Positions 47,251-55,379 of a DNA stretch of 64,000 nucleotides are shown piece after piece (within the stretch, counting starts at the first letter, position 1; the number at the start of each line of letters is the position of its first letter). The DNA is from a virus (taxonomy: Duplodnaviria > Caudoviricetes). The position numbers were made by a program, and so were the translations under genes. The stretch is from IMG/VR virus record IMGVR_UViG_2558860984_000001, positions 49,570 through 113,569 of that record. One strand, written 5' to 3'. The notes under the pieces were generated by a model. The model was not told where the DNA came from and did no database searches. It was given only the letters and a program-made list of their open reading frames with translations.

Positions 47251-48720
47251 GTGATCCCTGACTACCTCCTCCTCGGCGAGACGGAGATCATCAACACGGC
47301 GCGGCTGCGCACCTACCTGGATACGGTTGGCTCTCCGCTGGACTCGGTCACCCCGTGCGGCTGCGGCACGCTGGAGGCCGAGCACGTCGGCGACGATCCG
47401 TACACCACCCCGGACGCGGACACCGCGCCGTGGTACGACCCCGACATCCCTGAGAGCGCGGATTTCGTCGGGTTCCTGCCGATGGAAGTCACCGGTTTCG
47501 ACGACCACCCGGTGACCCGGGAGGTCACCACTTCGATCACGGGCGGGGCAGCGTTCGCGCGGGCGCGCACCCAGCCGCGGACGATCACCGTCACCGGCAT
47601 CCTGCTCGGGGTGACGTGCTGCGCGGTGGCGTACGGGCTGCGGTGGCTGTCGCAGGCGTTGGGCGGCTGTACCGGATCGGCCTGCGGTGGGGACTGCCTG
47701 ACGGGCTACATCTGCTGCCCGGACGACGACGAGGCCGCCGAGACGGACGGGTTCGAGCGGCATCGGCGGACGCTGCGTCGTGTGGGGCTCACCTCCGGGC
47801 CGACGGTCACGGCCCGATCGGGTACTGGCTGCTCCGGGGTGGGCGGCTGCTCTGTCGGCGCCGACATCCTCACCGTTGAGTTCGTGCTGACGGCCGGGGT
47901 GCCGTGGGCGTGGACCTCCCTGGTACCCGTCCTCAATGTCGACGTGCCCTCCGATGACGGGGAGTGCATCACGTGGTGCATCCACGGCGGCGACGTGCCG
48001 CCGGCACCGGTGTGCGTGGACCTGCCGGTGGGCGGCGTCGATCCCGAGTGCGGCCCGGACGGGGTCCTGGTCCCGATCGGTGAGGACGAGTCGCCCGGGG
48101 AGGAGTCCCCAGGCGACGGGTGCGTGCAGTGGCCGGTGCTGGAGGAGATCACCGATCCGTGTGTGCGGTGTCGGCTGGCGCCGTGCCCGGACCCAGAGGC
48201 GGGCTGCCAGGACCCGACATGCCGCACACCGACGCCGCCGGCGCCCCCGCCGCCGAGCACCTGCTTCTGCACGCAGCTCGCGGTGAACGAGGAGTTCTAC
48301 GACCTCGACCTGTCTGATCAGCCGCGGTGGTTCGCGAGCGTGCCGGTGATCGAGGTGCACGCCGGCAGCGCGAGTCTGAGGCGAGTCACGGTCACCTTTT
48401 ACGAGCGCACGGGCGAGCACGAAGGGCTGTCGTGTGAGGAGGTCGCCTACGCCGAGCGCTGCTCCCCAGCCGCGGTCTTCGAGGCGTCGTTCGTACCTGA
48501 AGGCGGGGTGCTCACGTTCGACGGGCAGACCGGGCGGGCGATCGTCGAGTGCCGCGACGATTGCGAAACCTCGCAGGACTCTTACGGCGCGGACGGCGGC
48601 CCGATCGAATGGCCGGACCTGGACTGTGACCAGTACTGCATCAGCATCGCCGCGGACGCCATCGTTCCACCGGCGGACGACGCCCGGGTGGTCGTCGCGG
48701 TGACCGGCAGGGAGTACTGA
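47251..48720 (+). CDS. distal tail protein (putative, Cys-rich)
   Basis: Directly after tape measure; APWYDP..ES..F.G. Confidence 0.75.
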   Translation: MIPDYLLLGETEIINTARLRTYLDTVGSPLDSVTPCGCGTLEAEHVGDDPYTTPDADTAPWYDPDIPESADFVGFLPMEVTGFDDHPVTREVTTSITGGAAFARARTQPRTITVTGILLGVTCCAVAYGLRWLSQALGGCTGSACGGDCLTGYICCPDDDEAAETDGFERHRRTLRRVGLTSGPTVTARSGTGCSGVGGCSVGADILTVEFVLTAGVPWAWTSLVPVLNVDVPSDDGECITWCIHGGDVPPAPVCVDLPVGGVDPECGPDGVLVPIGEDESPGEESPGDGCVQWPVLEEITDPCVRCRLAPCPDPEAGCQDPTCRTPTPPAPPPPSTCFCTQLAVNEEFYDLDLSDQPRWFASVPVIEVHAGSASLRRVTVTFYERTGEHEGLSCEEVAYAERCSPAAVFEASFVPEGGVLTFDGQTGRAIVECRDDCETSQDSYGADGGPIEWPDLDCDQYCISIAADAIVPPADDARVVVAVTGREY

Positions 48721-48721
48721 G

Positions 48722-49768
48722 ATGGCGGTTGGCTGCGGGACGCACACGGCGCAGATCCATGACCGTGACGGCGCGCTGGTGGCGCGCGCCGAACTGCTGC
48801 TGGAAGTCGACTGGTCCCGGGCCCTGGATGAGGTGTCGACGGCCCGTGTGCTGGTGCGCCCCGAGGGGGACTGCTGCGAAGCGCTGGCGCGCGTGCGGTC
48901 CTGGCGGCATGAGCTTCATATCCACCTTGACGGTCGGCCGGTGTGGTCGGGCCCGGTCACGCAGGTCGGCTGGCTGGCGGACGACATCGAGATTCAGGCC
49001 GCTGACGTGCTGGCTTGGCTCGACGTGCGCGTACCGCACCAGGACATGCAGTTCGGGAACAGTGACCTGGCGCAGATCGCTGAGACGCTCATCGAGGACG
49101 CGTTCGCGCCGGACGATCCGGGGCACGCGGTCGTCATCGTCGCCCGGAGCAGGGTGTCCGGGGCGCGGGAGTACTGGCGGGACGAGGGGCAGACTGGTGA
49201 CCACCTGCGGGACCTCGCGCAGACGGGCCTGGACTACACCGCGATCGGCGAGCGGATCCTGCTGCTGCCGGAGGACTGGACGGAGAAGGTCGGTTCCCTG
49301 ACCGATGAGGACTTCCCCGACGGGCTGGCGATCACCGAGGAGGGCAGCACGCTCGCGACGCGGTGGGTGGTTCACGGCAAGGACGACGACAACGAGGATC
49401 CGCACGAGATCACCGGTACGGCTGGCGGGATCGATCCGTACTACGGCCTCATCGAGCGCGTAATCGTCGAGGACAGCATCCTCGACCAGGGGTCGGCGAT
49501 CGCCGCGGCCCGCTCCCGGCTACGTGCCTCGACGCCGGCGCCGACGTACATCGACACCAGCCAGCAGACGACCTTGTCGCCGGACGCGGCGGTGGATGTG
49601 CCGCAGCTCGTGCCGGGCTGGTGTCTGGACATCACCACTACGCAGACGTGTCGGCGGCTGACACAGACGTTCAAGATCGTTGGTGTGCGCGTGACCGAGC
49701 GCGGCTCTGGCGAGTCCGTGTCCGTGCAGCTCGCTCCGACCGGCGCCGGAGGGGCGGGGACGGTATGA
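48722..49768 (+). CDS. minor tail / baseplate hub protein
   Basis: W.R.LD..S.A, VWSGPV, YYGLIE, L.PG motifs; position. Confidence 0.75.
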   Translation: MAVGCGTHTAQIHDRDGALVARAELLLEVDWSRALDEVSTARVLVRPEGDCCEALARVRSWRHELHIHLDGRPVWSGPVTQVGWLADDIEIQAADVLAWLDVRVPHQDMQFGNSDLAQIAETLIEDAFAPDDPGHAVVIVARSRVSGAREYWRDEGQTGDHLRDLAQTGLDYTAIGERILLLPEDWTEKVGSLTDEDFPDGLAITEEGSTLATRWVVHGKDDDNEDPHEITGTAGGIDPYYGLIERVIVEDSILDQGSAIAAARSRLRASTPAPTYIDTSQQTTLSPDAAVDVPQLVPGWCLDITTTQTCRRLTQTFKIVGVRVTERGSGESVSVQLAPTGAGGAGTV

Positions 49769-50280
49769 CGTTGAGGGGGTCGGCCGGACGGCGGAGTCCG
49801 GACGGTGCTCTGGTCGGTGTGCTGCGGGAGGTGGCCGGTCAGCAGCGTCGGGCACGCACCCGCCCCCGACGCCGCCGGAGCGAGGAGAACCAGGCGGCTG
49901 TCGAGGCATCTGGTGTCGCCGGTCCTCCAGGCCCCCGCGGCGTCGCCGGCCCTCCGGGAGAGCCGGGGCCTCCCGGGCCGGCCGGAGCCCGCGGTACCCG
50001 AGGTGCCCGCGGCCCGGCGCCCGCCGCCGCGGTGGTGATGACCGACGAGCGGGGCGTGGCCGAGTGGCAGCCGCCTGCAGACCGGGGGTCTGCCACGCCG
50101 GACGGGTGGGTGGTGTCCGCGGCGCCGGCAGCCGCCGGTGGGAGGCCGCTCCTCGCCGTCGTCGACCAGGATGAGGAGCAGGGGTCTGGGAGGGTCGTGG
50201 TGCGGGTGTGGGACCTGAGCGTCGGCCAGCCCGTGCTGGCGCCCGACGTCGAGGTGCATCTGCTGGCCGTGCCGCGGTGA
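49765..50280 (+). CDS. collagen-repeat minor tail protein
   Basis: ATGA coupling; GVAGPPGPRGVAGPPGEPGPPGPAGARG. Confidence 0.7.
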   Translation: MTLRGSAGRRSPDGALVGVLREVAGQQRRARTRPRRRRSEENQAAVEASGVAGPPGPRGVAGPPGEPGPPGPAGARGTRGARGPAPAAAVVMTDERGVAEWQPPADRGSATPDGWVVSAAPAAAGGRPLLAVVDQDEEQGSGRVVVRVWDLSVGQPVLAPDVEVHLLAVPR

Positions 50281-50362
50281 GGTGCGATCGAGGCCCAAAA
50301 TGCGCTGTGACCAGGTAAAATGACATTCGAGACCCCCGCGACGGCGGCCACCGTCCGGGGGC

Positions 50363-51250
50363 ATGGCCGACTACGAAGGAGTCGACATGACCCACGGTAC
50401 GTGCGAGAGCGATGGCTGCTCCAAACCCGTCGCCGCCCGAGGACTGTGCAAGACCTGCCACACCCGCCTACGCCGGGCAGAGAAGAGGCAGCAGGCCCCC
50501 GCGCCAGAACCTCGGGCCTGCGAAGTCTGCGGCGCCGACATCACAGAGCGCCGCAGCCACGCCCGGGTGTGCTCCAGCTCAAGGTGCCGAAACGCGGCGC
50601 GCCGCAAGCTGCCGCGGATGTGGACCCAGGTCGAGCCGCAGCAGTGCACAGTGGTCGAGAATGGCGAGCGGTGCCCTGAGCAGGCCACGCATCGGCTGAG
50701 AACCGATCGCTGGTGCAGGAAGCACTGCGCCCGTTACGAACGTCAAGGCGATCCGGCCATCCTCACGGTAGTGCGGCGCCCGGCCGGCGAGGTCCAGGAG
50801 TATCTGCGCCAGTCCGCTCAGTCGGACACCAGCGAGTGCATCCTGTTGCCCAGCCCGACCAAGGGACGGCTGACGGTCAGCTACCAGGGCAAGCCCATGA
50901 CCGCAGCCCGCGCAGTGTGGATCATCGCACGCGACGATCCCGGGCCGGATGTGCACGTGCTGCACACCTGCCACCGTGGTGACGACGGCTGTGTCAACAT
51001 CCGGCACCTGTACCTCGGGGACCACGAGCAGAACATGGTCGACATGATCGAGTCCGACCGCGCTATGCACGGCGAGCGGCACGTTCGGCACAAATTGACC
51101 GAGATCCAGGTGCGCGAGATTGTCCGCCGTGCGCGGGCAGGGGAGAATCAGCGCAGGATCGCCGAGATGTTCGCCATCACGCCGTCGCACGTCTCCAACC
51201 TCAAGCGCGGCAGGTCGTGGTGGCGCATCACTAGACTCGGCGAGCCGTAG
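50363..51250 (+). CDS. HNH homing endonuclease with N-terminal Zn fingers and C-terminal HTH
   Basis: VLHTCH..CVNIRHL.LGDHEQN..D, KLTE..VREI..QRRIAEMF. Confidence 0.88.
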   Translation: MADYEGVDMTHGTCESDGCSKPVAARGLCKTCHTRLRRAEKRQQAPAPEPRACEVCGADITERRSHARVCSSSRCRNAARRKLPRMWTQVEPQQCTVVENGERCPEQATHRLRTDRWCRKHCARYERQGDPAILTVVRRPAGEVQEYLRQSAQSDTSECILLPSPTKGRLTVSYQGKPMTAARAVWIIARDDPGPDVHVLHTCHRGDDGCVNIRHLYLGDHEQNMVDMIESDRAMHGERHVRHKLTEIQVREIVRRARAGENQRRIAEMFAITPSHVSNLKRGRSWWRITRLGEP

Positions 51251-51270
51251 CTGCTGGTTTGGGGCCGAGC
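51251..51270 (+). promoter_or_regulatory. late-gene leader motif (copy 9)
   Basis: CTGCTGGTTTGGGGCCGAGC; TAGACT at 51232. Confidence 0.6.
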
Positions 51271-51293
51271 ACTGTGACTGTGTGAGGTGCGCC

Positions 51294-52013
51294 TTGGCCG
51301 CAGTATGTGCATGCTCAACCTATTTCAACGTCGACCCGGATACAGGCGAGTTGTGCCTGAATGCGGGCACGATGGGGCTGCGGGAGGTCCTGTATTTCGG
51401 AGTCGGCACTCACCAGTTCCGGAAGGCGGATTACCCGTGGCTGGCGCGGGTCAGGGTGCGTGTGCAGGCCGGGGGTGGCGGGGCGGCCGGAGCGAATGCG
51501 GCGTCCGGGGAGTGCATCGTGCGCCCGGGGGCGGCTGGCGGGGGCTATTCGGAGAGTCTCCTTGAGGTGAGCGCGCTGGGAGACGTCGAGTCGGTGGTGG
51601 TCGGCGAAGGGGGCGCCCCGGGAAACGGCAACGAGGACGGCGGCACGGGCGGCGGATCGAGTTTCGGCGGGTTGGTCACCGCAACCGGCGGCGCGGGCAG
51701 CACGGCCTCGCAGACCTCCGGCACGAATTTGACCTGTACGTCTGGGACGGTCGCTCCGCTCGCGGGGACCGGCGATTTCCGCATTGGTGGCGGGGCTGGC
51801 GGCAGCGCTATCCGTTTGACGGGTGCGCAGGGTGTGTCCGGGCAGGGGGGCGAATCGCATCTGGGTCACGGTGGGTGGCCGCGGTCCAGTGAGGGCCAGG
51901 GGGGTGCCAGCAGAGGTTTCGGCGGAGGTGGAGGCGGAGGGCTGTCCCATGGGGAATCGGTGTCTGGTGGGTCCGGTGGCAGTGGCCGGGTGATCGTGGA
52001 GCTGTACGGCTGA
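51294..52013 (+). CDS. glycine-rich tail fibre-like protein
   Basis: GAGGTG RBS, TTG start; ADYPWLARVRVRVQAGGGG..G.VIVELY. Confidence 0.75.
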   Translation: MAAVCACSTYFNVDPDTGELCLNAGTMGLREVLYFGVGTHQFRKADYPWLARVRVRVQAGGGGAAGANAASGECIVRPGAAGGGYSESLLEVSALGDVESVVVGEGGAPGNGNEDGGTGGGSSFGGLVTATGGAGSTASQTSGTNLTCTSGTVAPLAGTGDFRIGGGAGGSAIRLTGAQGVSGQGGESHLGHGGWPRSSEGQGGASRGFGGGGGGGLSHGESVSGGSGGSGRVIVELYG

Positions 52014-52064
52014 CCACGGGGCGGTGTGCTGGTGGGTGGTTAGGCTGGTGCTCGTGGTGTGGTG

Positions 52065-52084
52065 CCGCTGGTGGTAGGCCGGGC
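52065..52084 (+). promoter_or_regulatory. late-gene leader motif (copy 10)
   Basis: CCGCTGGTGGTAGGCCGGGC; TAGGCT at 52041. Confidence 0.7.
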
Positions 52085-52113
52085 CTTGGTCCTCACGGGG
52101 TGAGGTGGTGGGT

Positions 52114-52956
52114 GTGGCCAGATGCGGATGTGGCATCCAGTGCGGCTGCCGGGTGGTGGCCGGGGAGAACGTGACGGTCGAAGGCTCCGGGTCGGATGCG
52201 AACCCGATCGTGATCTCATCCGAGGTGTCGTGCGATCAGGTGCGGCCGTGTCTGTCTGCGGGGCCGGGTACTGAGTATGACCCGGTGACGGGCGAGATGA
52301 GTGCGGACATCTCGGAGACCGCCGGGAACACCTTGACCATCGACGAGGGCGGGCTGTACGTGCCGGCGGCGTCCGGGTCGCAGGTGGTCGCCGCGTGCGG
52401 CCTGACCGGCGAGGGCACGACCGTCGCGCCGCTGGCCGCGGCGACGGGCACGTGGCCGTATGACTGCGACGTCGACACCGCGGCCGGCGCGGTCTACTGC
52501 GACAGCACGGGGCAGCTGCGCTCGGAGCCGCGCGGGCAGATCCACTACCAGCAGCTGCAGCAGGTCGACCAGGTCGACGACGAGTTCGTGCCCACGGGCA
52601 ACGACAACATCATCGCCACGCACGAGATGGCCGTGACCAACCCGGACGAGTGCCGGCCGGCGTTCTTGATCGTGGAGTGGGAGCAGGACGTCGACTTCAC
52701 GATCCCGCCCGGCTCGGGGGCCTCAGCGGGGATGGGTGCCGACACCGTGAGCTTCTTTCAGAACACGGGCGGGCAGACCATCACTAACCAGCACACCCAG
52801 ACCTCACGCACCATCACGCCCGGAGTGGAGACGATTCCGCCGGGCGGCTCCTACACCATCAGCGTGGATGTGACCGCAGGCCGGCCGGTGGTGGCGGAGA
52901 CGACGACGTACTCCCGTGTCCAGACCCACATCCGTGCGTGGCTGATCATCCTCTGA
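52114..52956 (+). CDS. Cys-rich minor tail / receptor-binding protein
   Basis: MARCGCGIQCGC; G.G....PL segments; GAGGTG RBS. Confidence 0.75.
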   Translation: MARCGCGIQCGCRVVAGENVTVEGSGSDANPIVISSEVSCDQVRPCLSAGPGTEYDPVTGEMSADISETAGNTLTIDEGGLYVPAASGSQVVAACGLTGEGTTVAPLAAATGTWPYDCDVDTAAGAVYCDSTGQLRSEPRGQIHYQQLQQVDQVDDEFVPTGNDNIIATHEMAVTNPDECRPAFLIVEWEQDVDFTIPPGSGASAGMGADTVSFFQNTGGQTITNQHTQTSRTITPGVETIPPGGSYTISVDVTAGRPVVAETTTYSRVQTHIRAWLIIL

Positions 52957-52970
52957 AAGGGGCGGTTGAC

Positions 52971-53264
52971 GTGGAGACGATCTACCTGCGGTACGGCACC
53001 GGACGGCTCGCCGTCCGCTCGGGCAGCCCGGACCGGCCCGATGTCCCGCCCGACGCTGTCGAGATCACCCAGGCCGAGTACGACGCCGAACTCGCGGCGA
53101 TGCAGGGCCGGCGCGAAGATCGCCTCGCCGGTATCCGCGCGGTCGAGCAGCAGACGGTTCTGGATGACTACGACGCGCTCGTGGCCGCCGGGATTTCCGA
53201 GGCGACAGCACGCCGCGTGTCCGGTCTCGGCGCTGCCGAGGCGGCGGCGCGAGGGACTGCCTGA
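52971..53264 (+). CDS. hypothetical tail-associated protein
   Basis: AAGGGG RBS; ITQAEY..YDAL..AGI.EATARR.SG. Confidence 0.65.
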   Translation: METIYLRYGTGRLAVRSGSPDRPDVPPDAVEITQAEYDAELAAMQGRREDRLAGIRAVEQQTVLDDYDALVAAGISEATARRVSGLGAAEAAARGTA

Positions 53265-53274
53265 GGAAGTGACC

Positions 53275-54276
53275 ATGATCAAGGGCATCGACGTCTCCGC
53301 CTACCAGGCGAGTGACTACGCGACGAGCGGCTACGACTTCGTGATCGTCAAGGCGACCGAGGGCCGCAGCTACATCAACCCCAAGCAGGGCGCCCAGGCC
53401 GCGCACGGCCGTGAGGCGGGCCTGGTGCTGGGCTTCTACCACTTCCTGTGGCCCGGCAACATCACGGCCCAGGCCCGCTACTTCGTGGACAAGTGCGCGA
53501 GCCGGCCGGGCGATGTGCTCGCGTGCGACTGGGAGCACACCGGCTCGGGCACCGCGGCGAGCAACGGGGAGAAGGACGCGTTCATCCGCGAAGTGAAGCG
53601 GCTCAGGCGGGACCACCGGGTGCTGCTCTACTGCAACCGCGACTTCTGGCTCAACCGCGACACCACCAGCTACGCCGGCGACGGCCTGTGGATCGCCCAG
53701 TACAACGGCAACCCGGGCAACCCGGACATCCGGGCATCGTGGCTCATCCACCAGTACACGAGCAGCCCGCTCGACATCAACGTGGCCCGGTTCGACTCGC
53801 GCGCGGCGATGCGCGCGTGGGCGGTCGGTGCCAGTACACCCCCTGAGGAGGACGACATGCCGGAGTACGTCGGGCTGGGGAAGAAGAAGCGCCAGAAGCT
53901 CACGGACGGCGTGTGGACGTCGCTGACGTGGGACGCGGAGTACAGCGACGAGCCGGGCATGCACGGCTCCGGTGGCCGCGCGTTCGTCAAGGGCGCCGCT
54001 CTGTATCAGGGCACCGCCTACCTGGACTTCAAGGGGCTGCCGGACGACGGGCAGGTGCAGGTGCGGCTCGTCGAGACCGACGCTGACACCGGCAAGGCGG
54101 TCCACACCTACTCCCCGGGCGAGCACGGCCCGACGATCGGCAGAGAGTTCTATGCCTTCCCGATCACCGGCCGCTGCAAGAAGGGACGGCACACCGTACT
54201 GCAGGTGATCCAGCACCGCGGCGAGCAAGTCACCGTGGACGGCCAGTTGAAGGTCCTCGTCTGGGACCGAGGCTGA
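53275..54276 (+). CDS. endolysin, glycoside hydrolase family 25
   Basis: GIDVSAYQ, VKATEG, GFYHF, CDWE, LWIAQY, HQYTS. Confidence 0.93.
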   Translation: MIKGIDVSAYQASDYATSGYDFVIVKATEGRSYINPKQGAQAAHGREAGLVLGFYHFLWPGNITAQARYFVDKCASRPGDVLACDWEHTGSGTAASNGEKDAFIREVKRLRRDHRVLLYCNRDFWLNRDTTSYAGDGLWIAQYNGNPGNPDIRASWLIHQYTSSPLDINVARFDSRAAMRAWAVGASTPPEEDDMPEYVGLGKKKRQKLTDGVWTSLTWDAEYSDEPGMHGSGGRAFVKGAALYQGTAYLDFKGLPDDGQVQVRLVETDADTGKAVHTYSPGEHGPTIGREFYAFPITGRCKKGRHTVLQVIQHRGEQVTVDGQLKVLVWDRG

Positions 54277-54328
54277 TGAGCGGCCACGACCACGCCGAGC
54301 TGGCCGCGCTTTCCTATGGGGGCGGTGC

Positions 54329-54616
54329 GTGACGTCGTCCGAGCAGCAGGCCATCGCGGTCGAGCTGGAGCGCCTCCGCGGCATCACCGAGGCCAACTTC
54401 GCTCGCCTGCACGGGCGGCTTGACGTGGTGCTGCAGCGTACGGACCGTGCCGAGGAGGACGTGCGCAGGCTCCGCGAGGACCACGACCAGGACCTCACCG
54501 ACCTCCGCGCGGAGGTCGAGGCGCTGAAACGGGGGCGGTGGCCGCTGCCCGCGGTCGGTGCGCTGACCGGTGCCGGCGCGCTGGCCATCGCGGTCCTGCA
54601 GCACATCGGTAGGTGA
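54329..54616 (+). CDS. holin-like small membrane protein
   Basis: Coiled coil followed by RWP and a C-terminal TM helix; after lysin. Confidence 0.6.
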   Translation: MTSSEQQAIAVELERLRGITEANFARLHGRLDVVLQRTDRAEEDVRRLREDHDQDLTDLRAEVEALKRGRWPLPAVGALTGAGALAIAVLQHIGR

Positions 54617-54651
54617 TCGCGAGGACGGCCTGTTCGGCGCGTCGGTCGGGA

Positions 54652-55257
54652 TCACCACAGGGTGGGGGCGGCCTCGTCGGCTGGTGCTCCAGGCATTCCC
54701 GGCGGTACGGCGGCCTTCGCCAGACCTTCCCAGGTGGTGTACTGGTCCGCCATGCGAAGCAGGAGCAGCCCTGTGGCGTAGGCGTCGAAGGTAGCGCGGT
54801 GCCGGTGGGCGGGCGCGCCGGTCAGGTCAAGGTGCGTGTGCTCGATCAGGGCATCGAGGTTGTGCTTGGGTGCGTCTGCGTAGGTGGCGCGGGCGAGGCG
54901 AAGGGTGTCGAGGACACCGGTGGGCTGCCAGCCGGGCAGGTGCCGGGTGAGGATCTTGAATTCAACGCTGGCGTTGTGGGCGCAGATCCATGCTCCATCC
55001 AGCATGAGGCACACCTGTTCGGAGACCGCCTCCCAGGGGGGACAGTCCGTGAGATAGTCGTTGGCGATCTTGTGGACTTGGGTGGCGAACGGTGTGACAG
55101 GCGCCGGCGGGCGGATCAGCCACGCCCCCGCAGTGGAAGTGTCCGGAGTACCGTGCCGGATGGGCAGAGCGGCGACCTCTACCAGGTCCGGGGGCTGGGC
55201 GCCGTTGCCCTCAACGTCCACCACGAGCAGCCTGCTGGGCCAGTCCTCGGGCTTCAC
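54652..55257 (-). CDS. DEDDh 3'-5' exonuclease (DnaQ-like)
   Basis: VVDVE, AHNA, DTL.LAR, HRA..DA. Confidence 0.88.
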   Translation of the reverse strand: MKPEDWPSRLLVVDVEGNGAQPPDLVEVAALPIRHGTPDTSTAGAWLIRPPAPVTPFATQVHKIANDYLTDCPPWEAVSEQVCLMLDGAWICAHNASVEFKILTRHLPGWQPTGVLDTLRLARATYADAPKHNLDALIEHTHLDLTGAPAHRHRATFDAYATGLLLLRMADQYTTWEGLAKAAVPPGMPGAPADEAAPTLW

Positions 55258-55379
55258 GTGGTGTCCTCCTTGATTGTGGTCCAGCCGACCTCGACGCGAT
55301 CGAGCGCGCGTCTACCCTCCCGCCCGGCTGTCGTGGGTGAGAACTGGCGGGCCAGCCTCGGCAGCCACCACGACCGGTT

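Larger units (their letters stand above)
16718..54616 (+). mobile_element. Siphovirus-like prophage / plasmid-phage morphogenesis and lysis module (the element probably extends over the whole window)
   Basis: Co-directional order of terminase, portal, MuF/protease, capsid, tail tube, chaperones, tape measure, minor tail, lysin and holin; overlapping stop/start codons throughout. Confidence 0.93.

Noticed and set aside
46174-48747. Long reverse-strand ORFs (857 aa here; also 5928-7847, 8354-10378, 23078-24913, 34108-35955)
   Set aside because: Antisense shadows of high-GC3 genes; no motifs or RBS
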